Positions 1 through 11,349 of a stretch of DNA of 64,000 bases are shown here, one piece after another. The number at the start of each line of letters is the position of its first letter. The stretch's first letter is position 1. Made by a program: the position numbers and the translations under genes. The notes beneath the pieces were generated by a model that searched no databases, was not told where the DNA came from, and saw only the letters and a list, made by a program, of their open reading frames with translations. Location of the stretch: the NCBI GenBank assembly GCA_963788195.1, contig CAWBGA010000013.1, positions 384,001 to 448,000 on the forward strand, read 5' to 3'. The DNA is from Nitrospirota bacterium. GTDB lineage: Bacteria; Nitrospirota; Nitrospiria; Nitrospirales; NS-4.

Positions 1-421
1 AATGATCAATCCCGTAAACCATAGCCGATCTCCGGAAGGGGTTTCGACCTATAAGGTTGAACCCTACGTCATGGCTGCGGACGTCTATGCGGTGCCGCCG
101 CACACCGGCAGGGGTGGATGGACCTGGTATACGGGTTCCGCCGGCTGGATGTACCGCTTGATCTTGGAATCTCTCCTGGGCCTGCGGCTGGAAGTAGACA
201 AACTTCGTTTCGTGACCTGCCTGCCGGTGGATTGGAACGGCTTCAAATTGCATTATCGGTACCGGGAAACGACGTACCATATCAATGTCTTGCAAGGGGG
301 CGCCGGTCAGGGTCAGGTGGGAGTCCTGATCGATGGGATTCTGCGAGATGACGGGGCAATCCCTCTCATTGACGACCGCCAGGAGCACGCGGTCGAGGTG
401 ACCGTCCCTGGACGTCACTAA
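1..421 (+). CDS. C-terminal end of a GH94 glycosyltransferase/phosphorylase (cyclic beta-1,2-glucan synthase NdvB/ChvB type), partial
   Basis: Motif YKVEPYVMAADVY...GRGGWTWYTGSAGWMYR typical of GH94 C-terminal domain; ORF open at window start. Confidence 0.85.
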   Translation, partial: MINPVNHSRSPEGVSTYKVEPYVMAADVYAVPPHTGRGGWTWYTGSAGWMYRLILESLLGLRLEVDKLRFVTCLPVDWNGFKLHYRYRETTYHINVLQGGAGQGQVGVLIDGILRDDGAIPLIDDRQEHAVEVTVPGRH

Positions 422-572
422 GCCTACTCCTGGAATCTATTGCGGACCCGTCGTAGGCATAATGCGCCCACCCAGGCTGCGTCCGTGCATGAGAGCCACT
501 GAGAGCGCCGCGAGCGCACCGACCAGACGGCACTCCTGGCCATGGGGCATTTCGTGCGCTCCCAGTTCATAG

Positions 573-881
573 CTACCTGGTGAAGGCGATCGCCGCGATG
601 GCTTCCGCTTCCATGAGCGTTCTGATAGCGGACAATCGCTGGTGGCGTTCTCGAACATAGACAAGCAGATCGACGAAGTTCTGCGGGCCGTCAAATTCCA
701 CTTGATTGACGACGACCGACAACACGCCCCCGGGAGCGCAGTGAAAGAGCCGCAGATCGGAGGGCCCGATGGGGCCTACGATGTTTTGATGATAGGAAGC
801 CGACCCGCCCCGTCGCAGAGAGGCCTTGCGGCCAGTCTCGCTCAAACAATAGGTGATGATACCTAGCTGTGGCGCACTCAT
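573..881 (-). CDS. hypothetical protein
   Basis: ORF MSAPQLGIITYCLSETGRKA..., protein-like composition, no recognised motif. Confidence 0.4.
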   Translation of the reverse strand: MSAPQLGIITYCLSETGRKASLRRGGSASYHQNIVGPIGPSDLRLFHCAPGGVLSVVVNQVEFDGPQNFVDLLVYVRERHQRLSAIRTLMEAEAIAAIAFTR

Positions 882-946
882 TGAATGAGTTCTTACGCTG
901 CCCGGTGACTGCATGAGCCGGCTGTCGCGTGACCCCGCCGAAGTCT

Positions 947-980
947 AAAAGGCCTTTCGTGGGGTCCTTAACAAAAGGCC
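947..980 (-). terminator. intrinsic terminator downstream of HU gene
   Basis: Minus strand GGCCTTTTGT-loop-ACGAAAGGCC followed by TTTT, 8 bp after HU stop. Confidence 0.65.
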
Positions 981-988
981 TCGGATGG

Positions 989-1279
989 CTATTTTCTTGC
1001 CCCTAGTATGGCATCTTTCGCGGCTTTCGCCACTCTAAACTTCACGACGCGCTTCGCGGGAATCTTGATGGCCTCGCCGGTTTGAGGGTTGCGGCCATTT
1101 CGCGCTTTTCGGTTCACAAGGACAAGTTTGCCGATACCCGGGAGCGTAAAGGAGTTTTTGGCCTCTTTGTGAGCCAGGGCGCTGAGCTCCTCAATAAATT
1201 CTACCGCCGCCTTCTTTGTCATGCCGGCCTTGCCCGCCATGTGATCGGCGATCTGTGACTTGGTCATTGCTTTTCCCAT
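989..1279 (-). CDS. hup: HU family DNA-binding protein
   Basis: MTKSQIADHMA...GIGKLVLVNRKARNGRNPQTGEAIKIPAKRVVKFR; AAGGAG RBS. Confidence 0.95.
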   Translation of the reverse strand: MGKAMTKSQIADHMAGKAGMTKKAAVEFIEELSALAHKEAKNSFTLPGIGKLVLVNRKARNGRNPQTGEAIKIPAKRVVKFRVAKAAKDAILGARK

Positions 1280-1519
1280 TAGCGCTCCTTTCGGAAGAAA
1301 TTGACCACTTGCCGCTGGGGCACGTTTATGCGCGCAGAAACGAGGGAAAAGTACGGTGATCTGTGACTAAAGTCAAGTGGATCGTTCACGGCGGCTGGCG
1401 GGAAAAATCTACTTAAGCTCTTTGGCGGAGGCACCTTTGAATACAGGCATCATGCAATCTCACTGTGAGATATGGGGTCACGGGAAGAGCTGAGAATCTC
1501 CATGAAGAGTAGAAGAGCT

Positions 1520-2398
1520 TCAGTCCGGCACAAATCGGGTTCGGTCAGGATCGATGCGACACAGGTCCCAGGCGGCTCCAATGCGGGACAATCCGTAGAT
1601 CAGCCATTTGGACGGATCGAAATTATACCAGCGCGCGCCATTGCGGTAATCACGCTGATGCGCATGGTGGAAGTTGTGATACCCCTCGCCAAAAGTCAGT
1701 AAGGACACAACCCAGCTATCCCTGCTCGAATCGTCATTCGTGTGCGGCTGTTTGCCCCAGAGGTGGCAAATGGAATTGATGCAGAAAGTAGAGTTGAGTA
1801 CGAAAAAAGTCCGTCCTACCCCGGCGAGCAAAAAACATCCTAGGCCGCCGACCCATCCGTTGTACACAAACCCGACGATAAATGGTAATACCAGCCCGGA
1901 GACCACGATGGGGATATAATAACGATCTTGCCATAGCACGAGCGAATCTTGCCTCAAGCGCGACGCGTACTTGCCGTCACCATGTTGGTCCTTGAAGAAG
2001 ATCCAACCGCAGTGCGAGTACCAAAAGCCACGCTGCGCGTTGTAGGGATCATCGTGCTGGTCGCAGCACGCGTGATGTCTGATGTGCGCCCGGGCCCACT
2101 TAAGAGCCGAGTTTTCTAACGCCCAGCCCCCCGTGATCAGTAGGGTCGCTTTTACCCACGGCGCGCAGTTAAAACTTCGGTGCGCGATGAGTCGATGATA
2201 CCCGACAGTGATGCCAAGACCCGTGGCGATATAGAGCACACCGAACATTGTCCAGTCCACCCAGGTGTAATCGTGGTAATAAGCAAACATCGGAAGCCCG
2301 ACCAGGGCGCCGAGGGTGATGAGACCAAACAAGGCTATCGTGCCGTAGCTAATAACAGCAGGTTTGTGGGCCGGCGTCTGTGCAGTGATATCAGTCAT
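1520..2398 (-). CDS. delta-9 acyl-lipid/acyl-CoA fatty acid desaturase
   Basis: His boxes GYHRLIAHRSF, HIRHH, GEGYHNFHH; DPYNAQRGFWYSHCGW. Confidence 0.93.
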   Translation of the reverse strand: MTDITAQTPAHKPAVISYGTIALFGLITLGALVGLPMFAYYHDYTWVDWTMFGVLYIATGLGITVGYHRLIAHRSFNCAPWVKATLLITGGWALENSALKWARAHIRHHACCDQHDDPYNAQRGFWYSHCGWIFFKDQHGDGKYASRLRQDSLVLWQDRYYIPIVVSGLVLPFIVGFVYNGWVGGLGCFLLAGVGRTFFVLNSTFCINSICHLWGKQPHTNDDSSRDSWVVSLLTFGEGYHNFHHAHQRDYRNGARWYNFDPSKWLIYGLSRIGAAWDLCRIDPDRTRFVPD

Positions 2399-2548
2399 GA
2401 GCAGCTCTCCATAGGTTCCGTCCGTCTCTTCGTCGCTCGCTATAACCGCATACGGCAGGGTGACCGAAGCAACCGAAGATCTAAGTAAAACTACACTACC
2501 ACAGATTGACTGCCTAAGACAACTAAAATGAGTAAAGCCGCAGTGGGC

Positions 2549-3598
2549 TCATTTACGATATTCCCTCGCTTTTTGAACATCTTCCAGTCGTTGGGCGAGA
2601 AAGTGATCGCCGGGGCGACGCCGTAACGCCTCTCGGAATTGGTCTTCCGCTTCATCGAACCTGCCTTCCTCAAACAGGACCTGAGCAAGCTTCCCCTGGT
2701 AGCGGTCGAATTTTTGAACTACCTGCCGGAGGGTCTGCTCGGCTTCTTCTTTCCTGCCTAAGCGCCACAAACTCAGCCCGAAGAGAAATTGCGAGAGACC
2801 CGGGATCCCTCGCGTCCCTTCCGGGTCCAATCTCATGCCCACGCGTGATTCCAGTTCGGCGTCCTTCCACTTTCCCAGACCGCCTAACGCTGCTGCCAGC
2901 GCCGCGTGAGCGACCGCGTTTTTCGGGTCCAATCGGACTGCGACCTGTGCTTCGGTCTCGGCAGCGGTATACTTCTCCTGTAATACCAGGGTCAAAGCGA
3001 CCAGCGCCGGCCAGTCGGCTGACGAAGGTTCATAATTTCCAGCGGCGCGAAAGTGGGCTTCTGCTTCCGCGTACTGGAGGCGAGTGAAATAATCATTCCC
3101 GAGGGCGGCGTGATCAAGGGCCTGCTTCGACGAGTTCACCTCGGGTGATGGGGTCGCGGCTTCGGTCAAGACCTCGTGACGTCGGTTTGAACCGGCGTCC
3201 CCTGCGGGGAGCGGTCCCCCTTGCCGTTCTAGAATGTACGCATTAGGTACGGGGTCTCCAAGCATTGTTTGGCCGCCCGACGGGCAGGCAGCGAGGAAGA
3301 CCTTCTCTGCAATCAAATAGCCTTTTGGCAAGGGCGTATCCCGGCAGGCGTTCGCGCGATCAGTGAGGGCTGGGGTAGTGCGCCAGGCATTGTAGTGAGG
3401 ATCATCCAGAGTCGTCGGTCTCGGACAGGATACATTCCAATTGTCGGCATCGTCTTGGGCGAAGATGTACCAGTCGTCCGAAAGAGTGCCACCGATTTTA
3501 CAAATCGGTTTTTCGAGAAACGCCTGCCCGTTTGGGACAGCACCAGGTGCCGATGGTGGCGCCGCACGGACCGGGACGAGAAAAAACCCGGCCACCAT
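2549..3598 (-). CDS. secreted tetratricopeptide repeat protein
   Basis: Hydrophobic N-terminus, Cys-containing N-domain, C-terminal TPR-like repeats (AEAEAHFRAA, AVRLDPKNAVAH, EAEDQFREALRRRP); start uncertain. Confidence 0.7.
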   Translation of the reverse strand: MVAGFFLVPVRAAPPSAPGAVPNGQAFLEKPICKIGGTLSDDWYIFAQDDADNWNVSCPRPTTLDDPHYNAWRTTPALTDRANACRDTPLPKGYLIAEKVFLAACPSGGQTMLGDPVPNAYILERQGGPLPAGDAGSNRRHEVLTEAATPSPEVNSSKQALDHAALGNDYFTRLQYAEAEAHFRAAGNYEPSSADWPALVALTLVLQEKYTAAETEAQVAVRLDPKNAVAHAALAAALGGLGKWKDAELESRVGMRLDPEGTRGIPGLSQFLFGLSLWRLGRKEEAEQTLRQVVQKFDRYQGKLAQVLFEEGRFDEAEDQFREALRRRPGDHFLAQRLEDVQKAREYRK

Positions 3599-3967
3599 TG
3601 CGAATGTGAAGACAGACGGCAGGGAGATTTTCAGACAGAACGCCTTTTTCGGAAAACACCGCGGAGGTCACGCCCGACAAGCCATAGCCCGGCGACGATT
3701 CCCGTTACACAAAGAAATACTGCAGCAAGTGTTGTCATCTCCGCCTCGGAAAGCTGATTCGGAGTGATCATACAGAGCGCCCGCACAGTAATCCGTTCTT
3801 CAGAAGGGTCACTTGATTTACCCTAGGGGTGACTAGGTGCCACGGGGCAAGGCGCTGTATCCGACCTGGCTGGATTAGGTCATTCTAATGTCCTCTTAAT
3901 CCATTTCTCATCTGAAGCTGTCATAAGATGGCGAATGATCGCATTCTCTCCTTCACAAAGAGGCGCG

Positions 3968-4156
3968 ATGGAGGTCTTATTGAGATCAAGGTGTCGTCAT
4001 GAACTTGCGTCAGCCATACTCTGTTCGGAGTGTCATGGTGCCGGATATATTGAACGCTGGCTGCCCGTGGATCTTATCAATGCCCTTCCTAAAGGAAATT
4101 GGATCATCGTCGCCCGTCGGCCAAGGCACCTTGCGCTCCTTGACCGCGATGCATGA
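3968..4156 (+). CDS. small hypothetical protein with CxxC motif
   Basis: MEVLLRSRCRH...CSECHGAGY (DnaJ-like CxxCxGxG); GAGG RBS upstream. Confidence 0.5.
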   Translation: MEVLLRSRCRHELASAILCSECHGAGYIERWLPVDLINALPKGNWIIVARRPRHLALLDRDA

Positions 4157-4206
4157 GTGTAAAAAGCTTCAGTTGAATAGCTGCGCTGTCGCGGGTTTGA
4201 GTATTT

Positions 4207-5376
4207 CTAGACCGGCTGAGCCGCAGGAAGCGAAAAATAAAATGTCGAACCCTTACCGACTTCCGAATCGAGCCAGATGCGGCCGCAGTGAGCTTCAACG
4301 ATCCTCTTGCACAATGCGAGTCCCACGCCCGATCCTTCGTACTCTGTCTGGCTATGCAATCGCTGAAACAGGACAAAGATCCGATTCCAATCGATCTGCT
4401 CAATGCCGATGCCGTCATCCTGAACGGAGAACACCCACTCGTCCCGGCCGTCCATGGGTCTTGGCGGCCGCTGGGCGGAGACATGGATGCGGGATCCCTG
4501 CCCGCGCCTGAACTTGATCGCATTTCCCACGAGATTTTGAAATACGCGCGCCAACTCCCCTTCGTCGCCTGGCACGGTTGGCAAGGGATCGTGGGTAATC
4601 AGCGCCTCGGAGTCCCGAATGCCGGATCCAAGCCGGGCTATGGCCTCTGCCAAGACTTTCTCACAGTCAACGATCTGGGACTCTCGCTTGCCTCCGACCC
4701 GTGAATAGGCCAGAACATCTGAAATCAATCGTTCCATGCGGTCAACGCCATGTACCGAAAAGTCAACAAAATCGTTTGCGTCCATGTCGGGCCGGTCTTT
4801 ATAGCGATTCGCCAGCAGCTTGACATAGTCTGAGATCATCCGAAGCGGCTCTTTGAGTTCGTGCGTGGCGAGATAGGCGAAGCGCTCAAGATCGGTGTTC
4901 GAACGGGCCAGCTCTCGGGCGCGTTCGGCGAGCTCTTGCTTTGCGCGCTCTAGTTCCTCGTTCTGCCGAATCAATGCCACGGTCTTGTTTGCCAGCTCTA
5001 CGAAGACATCCACCTTGGATCGAAGGATTTCCGGCGGAAATGGTTTGAAAAGATAATCCACCGCGCCATGCGAGTAGCCTTTCGCGACGTGGTGTACTTC
5101 TTTGTTGTTGCTGGTGAGAAAAATAATCGGAATCTGCCGCGTCTTCTTCCGCTCTCGGATCAACGACGCCGTTTCGTATCCGTCCAGCCCGGCCATTTTG
5201 ACATCCAATAGAACCACCGCGTAGTCCCCTTGGAGAAGTTGGCGCAAGGCCTCTTCGCCGGATGCAGCGGTCACGACTTGACGATCGGGGCTTTCGAGCA
5301 AGGCCGCCATAGCGCGCAAACTGTCCGGATGATCGTCGACGACGAGAACTCGAACCTGATCAAGATCTGGATTCAT
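4207..5376 (-). CDS. hybrid response regulator/sensor histidine kinase (REC-HisKA-HATPase)
   Basis: VLVVDD, LLDVKMAGLDG, H-box ATHELKEPL, N-box NLVGNAIKF, G-boxes DDGIGI/GSGVGL. Confidence 0.93.
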   Translation of the reverse strand: MNPDLDQVRVLVVDDHPDSLRAMAALLESPDRQVVTAASGEEALRQLLQGDYAVVLLDVKMAGLDGYETASLIRERKKTRQIPIIFLTSNNKEVHHVAKGYSHGAVDYLFKPFPPEILRSKVDVFVELANKTVALIRQNEELERAKQELAERARELARSNTDLERFAYLATHELKEPLRMISDYVKLLANRYKDRPDMDANDFVDFSVHGVDRMERLISDVLAYSRVGGKRESQIVDCEKVLAEAIARLGSGIRDSEALITHDPLPTVPGDEGELARVFQNLVGNAIKFRRGQGSRIHVSAQRPPRPMDGRDEWVFSVQDDGIGIEQIDWNRIFVLFQRLHSQTEYEGSGVGLALCKRIVEAHCGRIWLDSEVGKGSTFYFSLPAAQPV

Positions 5377-5568
5377 TAGAGGGGATAGTCGTGAAGGCTA
5401 TTAGGCCCGAGTATAACGAATTATCGCTAAGTGTGACCCTCCTCTTTCGTATGGTGTCTCGCGGATCCCTCTTTTGCGGGGGTTTCTCTTGAAATTGAGA
5501 CTTCTTATCGTACACGCGGGAATTTTTGCAGTTATTCTGAACACCCGGCCATCTTTGCGAGGCAATCC

Positions 5569-8500
5569 ATGAGTGAAGCAGCCACAGCGTTATGTGATCA
5601 GCAAGAACTTCTCGAGACACTAAAGGCCTTTAAAGAAGGCGATTTTACGGTTCGCATGAAAATGCGAGGCGGAGGTGTGGCCCGAGAAATTGCCGGAACC
5701 CTCAATGGCCTGATCGATCTAAACCAGAGCCTCACGAAAGACCTTCAACGGCTGAGCAAGGTTGTCGGCAAAGAAGGCAAAGTCATGGAGCGGGCATCCA
5801 TCGGAGACGTGTCGGGTTCGTGGGCGACCTGTGTGGATTCTGTTAACTCTCTCATCGGCGACCTCGTAAAGCCGACTGCCGAGGTCACACGCGTCATCGG
5901 TGCGGTGGCAAAGGGCGATCTCTCTCAAGCGGTGCCTCTGGAGACCGATGGCCGACTGGTCAAAGGGGAGTTTCTGCGAACGGCGAAAATCGTCAACGTG
6001 ATGGTGGATCAGCTCAATTCCTTCGCGTCAGAGGTGACACGTGTCGCGCGCGAGGTCGGCACGGAAGGCAAACTCGGCGGCCAGGCCGAAGTCAAAGGCG
6101 TGGCCGGGACCTGGAAGGATTTGACCGATAACGTGAACGGCATGGCGAGCAACCTGACGAACCAGGTGCGCAACATCGCGCAGGTGACCACCGCTGTGGC
6201 AAATGGAGACCTCTCGAAGAAGATCACGGTTGAAGCACGCGGCGAAATTCTGGAGTTAAAGAATACGATCAACGTGATGGTGGATCAGTTGAACTCCTTT
6301 GCCTCGGAGGTGACGCGCGTCGCGCGCGAGGTCGGCACGGAAGGCAAGCTCGGCGGCCAGGCGGACGTCAAGGGCGTCGGCGGTACCTGGAAAGACCTCA
6401 CCGACAACGTCAATCTGATGGCCAGCAACCTGACGAACCAGGTGCGGAACATCGCGCAGGTGACGACGGCGGTGGCGAACGGCGACCTGTCGAAGAAGAT
6501 CACGGTGGAGGTCCGGGGCGAAATTCTGGAGCTGAAGAACACGATCAACGTCATGGTCGACCAGTTGAACTCCTTTGCCTCGGAGGTGACGCGCGTCGCG
6601 CGGGAAGTCGGCACCGAAGGCAAGCTCGGCGCCCAGGCGCAAGTCAAAGGTGTGGCCGGCACCTGGAAGGACCTGACCGACAGCGTGAACTACATGGCGA
6701 GCAACCTCACGAGCCAGGTCCGGAACATTGCGCAAGTGGCGACCGCGGTGGCCACCGGCGATCTTTCTCGAAAGATTACCGTAGACGTGCGCGGCGAAAT
6801 TCTTGAGTTGAAGAATACCATTAACACCATGGTGGATCAGTTGAACTCGTTCGCGTCCGAGGTGATTCGGGTGGCCCGCGATGTCGGCACCGAGGGCAAG
6901 CTGGGCGGCCAAGCGGATGTGAAGGGCGTCGCCGGCACCTGGAAAGATCTGACCGATAACGTCAACTGGATGGCGAACAATCTCACGAACCAGGTGCGGA
7001 ACATCGCGCAGGTGACGACCGCGGTGGCGAATGGGGACCTGTCGAAGAAGATCACCGTGGAGGTCCGGGGCGAAATCCTGGAACTGAAGAACACGATCAA
7101 TGTGATGGTCGACCAGTTGAACTCCTTTGCCTCGGAGGTGACGCGCGTGGCGCGCGAGGTCGGCACGGAAGGCAAGCTTGGCGGCCAGGCCGACGTGAGA
7201 GGCGTGGCCGGGACATGGAAGGATCTCACGGACAACGTCAATCTGATGGCCAGCAACTTGACCAACCAGGTGCGCAACATTGCCCAGGTGACGACAGCGC
7301 TCGCGTATGGGGATCTGTCCAAGAAGATCACCGTGGAAGCGCTGGGCGAGATTTTCGAACTCAAGAACACGATCAATACCACCGTCGATCTCCTCAACTC
7401 GTTCGCTTCGGAGGTGACCCGCGTGGCCCGCGAGGTGGGCACCGAAGGCAAGCTCGGCGGACAGGCGCAGGTGAAGGGCGTCGGCGGTACCTGGAAGGAC
7501 CTGACCGACAGCGTGAACTATATGGCGAGCAATCTCACGAGCCAGGTGCGGAACATCGCGCAGGTGACGACGGCAGTGGCGAACGGTGACCTGTCCAAGA
7601 AGATTACGGTGGACGTGCGCGGTGAAATCCTGGAATTGAAGAACACGGTCAATGTGATGGTGGACCAGCTCAACTCGTTCGCGTCGGAGGTGATCCAGGT
7701 CGCCCGCGATGTCGGCACGGAAGGCAAGCTCGGCGGTCAGGCGCAGGTCAAGGGCGTGGCGGGGACCTGGAAGGATCTGACGGACAATGTGAATCTTATG
7801 GCCAGTAACCTCACCAACCAGGTGCGCAACATCGCGCAGGTGACGACGGCAGTGGCGAATGGCGACCTGTCCAAGAAGATCACGGTGGAAGTCCGGGGCG
7901 AAATTCTGGAGCTGAAGAACACCGTCAATGTCATGGTCGACCAGCTGAACTCGTTCGCATCGGAGGTAACCCGCGTTGCGCGCGAAGTGGGCACCGAAGG
8001 GAAACTCGGGGGTCAGGCCGAGGTGAAGGGAGTCGCCGGAATCTGGAAAGACCTGACCGACAATGTGAACTCAATGGCGAGCAATCTGACCAGCCAGGTG
8101 CGTGGGATCGCCAAGGTCGTGACCGCTGTGGCGAGCGGCGATCTTAAGCGGAAGCTCACGGTGGAGACGAAGGGCGAGATCTCGGCGTTGGCCGATACGA
8201 TCAACGAGATGATTGACACGCTCGCGACTTTTGCGGATCAGGTGACGACCGTGGCTCGCGAGGTAGGCACCGAAGGCAAACTCGGCGGGTCAGGCCAGGG
8301 TGCCGGGGGCGGCGGGCGTCTGGAAGGACCTCACCGACAATGTCAACCAGCTCGCGGCGAATCTCACCAACCAAGTGCGCGCGATTGCCGAAGTGGCCAC
8401 GGCGGTGACGAAAGGGGATCTCACCCGGTCCATTGCGGTCGAGGCCTTAGGAGAGGTGGCCGCGCTCAAGGACAACATCAATGAGATGATCCGCAATCTC

Positions 8501-11349
8501 AAGGACACGACGCAGAAGAACACAGAGCAGGACTGGCTGAAGACCAACCTCGCGCAGTTTACCGGCCGGCTGCAAGGGCAAAAGAACCTGACGACGGTGG
8601 CGAATCTGATTCTGTCCGAACTGACGCCGCTCGTCAATGCGCAACATGGTGTGTTCTACATCAATGATTCGAGTGAGAGCGATCCGATCATGAAACTGCT
8701 CGGCAGCTATGCCTACCGCGAGCGTAAAGGTGTGGCGGTCGCAATTCCGTTCGGGGGAGGGTCTGGTCGGGCAATGCGCGCTCGAAAAAGAGCGCATCGT
8801 CGTCACCAACGTCCCACAGGACTATATCCAGATTAACTCGGGTCTCGGCGAGAGCAACGCCTTACAATATCGTGGTGCTGCCGGTGCTATTTGAAGGGGA
8901 GGTCAAGGCGGTCATCGAGCTGGCATCGTTCAACCGCTACAGCGACATCCATCTGACCTTCCTGGACCAGCTCAAGGAGAGCATCGGCATCGTGCTCAAT
9001 ACGATCGCCGCGAACATGCGGACCGAAGACCTGCTCAAGCAGTCGCAGTCGCTGACCGGCGAACTGCAGGCGCAGCAACACGAGCTGAAGAGCACGAACG
9101 AACGGTTGGAGCGCCAGGCAGAATCCCTGCGCAAATCCGAGGAGCTCTTGCGCACCCAACAGGAAGAGCTGCGGCAAAAGAACGAGCAGCTTGAGGAAAA
9201 GGCAGATCTCCTGAGCGAGCAGAACGTCCAAGTCGAGTCGAAGAACCGCGAGGTGGAAGAGGCCCGGCGCGCCCTGGAGGACAAAGCCGAGCAGTTGGCG
9301 CTATCCTCCAAATACAAATCTGAATTCCTCGCCAACATGTCACACGAACTGCGGACCCCATTGAACAGCCTCTTGATTCTTTCAAAGCTTTTGGCGGAGA
9401 ACCGGGAATCGACGCTCACGCCGAAACAGGTCGAGTTCGCCCAGACGATCTATGCCTCCGGGAGCGATCTGCTGGCGTTGATCAACGATATACTTGATCT
9501 GGCCAAGATTGAGTCCGGGATGATGGGGGTGTCGGTCAGCCCCGCGGGCTTTGCGGACCTGTCGGAGTACGTGGATCGAAGCTTCCGTCAGATGGCCCAG
9601 GACAAAGGCCTTGAATTCGTCATTGAGCGCATTCCCGGGCTGCCGTCGGCGATTCAAACGGATTCGATGCGGCTCCAGCAGGTGCTCAAAAATCTGCTGT
9701 CCAACGCGATCAAATTCACCGAGCGAGGCTCTGTCCGGTTGCGCATTGAGAAGGTCCTGTCGGGGTGGAACCGCGAGCATGCCGTTCTGAACCAAGCCGA
9801 TTGCGTGCTGGCATTCTCAGTGATTGATACCGGCATCGGGATTGCCGCCGACAAGCAGAGGATCATTTTCGAGGCCTTCCAGCAGGCGGACGGCACCACG
9901 AGCCGCAAGTACGGCGGTACCGGCCTGGGTCTCTCCATTAGCCGCGAGATCGCGCGCCTGCTCGGCGGCGAAATCAAGGTCGAGAGCACGCCGGGCAAAG
10001 GCAGCAGATTCACCTTCTATCTGCCGCGCCTCTATACCGCGCCGGTGCAAATCATGCGGACGGGGTCGGGGCTCGTCGAACCGCAGGCCTTAGGCCCGGT
10101 GGAGATGGAGTCGTATGAGTTGCCGGTGGTGAGGACCGTGGAGGTACCGGACGACCGGAACGCCATCCAACCGGAAGACCGAGTGCTGCTGATCTTAGAG
10201 GACGATCTCCCGTTTGTGGAGATTCTGCTGGATTTAGCGCACGAAAAAGGTTTCAAGGGATTGGTTGCGACATCCGGCGAGGCCGGACTCGGCCTGGCCC
10301 GGCGGTTCAAGCCGTCGGCGATCACGCTCGATCTGCAATTGCCGGACAACGACGGCTGGACCGTGCTCGACCGGCTGAAGCATGATCCCACCACCCGGCA
10401 TATCCCGGTTCACATCATCTCCGTCGAGGAGGCGCGCCAGCGCGGACTGAAACAGGGAGCGTTCGGTTATCTCAGCAAGCCGGTCACGCGCGAATGGCTG
10501 GCGAAGGCCTTTGATGACATGGTGGCGTTCCTCGAGCGCCCGGCGAAACACCTCCTGGTGGTGGAAGACGACGAGGCGCAACGTCAAAGCATCGTTGAGT
10601 TGATCGGAAGCAGCGATGTGCAGATCACTGCGGTCGGCACGGGGCAAGAGGCGTTGGCTGCTTTGGGCAAGGGCAGCTGTGACTGTTTGGTCCTCGACTT
10701 GCGCCTGCCCGATATGCCGGGTCTTGCGCTGATCGAAAAGATCCACCAGGAACTCGGTCAGCGGGATTTGCCGATCATCGTCTACACCGGCAAGGAACTC
10801 ACCAAGCAGGAACAGCATGCACTGACCAGATTAACCGAGGCCGTGATCATCAAGGATGTGAGGTCTCCCGAGCGGCTGTTGGACGAGACGTCACTGTTCC
10901 TGCATCGGGCGCCCGCCAACCTGCCGTCGAACCAGCAGCAGATGCTGGAGCAAGTGCGCCAGGCGGACTCTACGCTGTCCGGGAAGAAGGCCCTGATCAT
11001 CGACGATGACATCCGCAACATTTTTGCGCTGACCAGCATCCTGGAACTGCACAACATGCAGGTTTTCTACGCGGAGAACGGGCAAGACGGGATCGCGAAG
11101 CTGCGGGATACTCCTGATGTCGACGTGGTTCTCATGGATGTGATGATGCCCGACATGGACGGCTACGAAACAATGCGCATCATTCGCAAGAGTGGGGAGT
11201 TCGGCTCCCTTCCCATTATCGCGATCACGGCCAAGGCGATGAAAGTGGATCGGGCGAAATGCATTGAAGCCGGAGCCTCCGATTATATTTCCAAGCCGGT
11301 TGACACGGAGCAATTGGTGTCGTTGTTGCGTGTCTGGCTCTATCGATGA
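5569..11349 (+). pseudogene. poly-HAMP hybrid histidine kinase (HAMP repeats-GAF-HisKA-HATPase-3xREC), interrupted by three +1 frameshifts (real or sequencing error)
   Basis: ORFs 5569-8484, 8300-8836, 8709-8894, 8872-11349 join into one ~1925-aa protein if single extra bases at ~8288, ~8737 and ~8856 are removed; FLANMSHELRTPLN H-box; three receiver domains. Confidence 0.85.
5995..8480 (+). repeat. 276-bp (92-aa) tandem HAMP-linker repeats, about 9 units
   Basis: [26 protein letters not shown] recurs at 6010, 6286, 6562, 6838, 7114, 7390, 7666, 7942 and, diverged, 8218. Confidence 0.95.

Noticed and set aside
6009..8219. Repeated antisense ORFs (..[13 protein letters not shown]..)
   Set aside because: Shadow frames of the HAMP repeats
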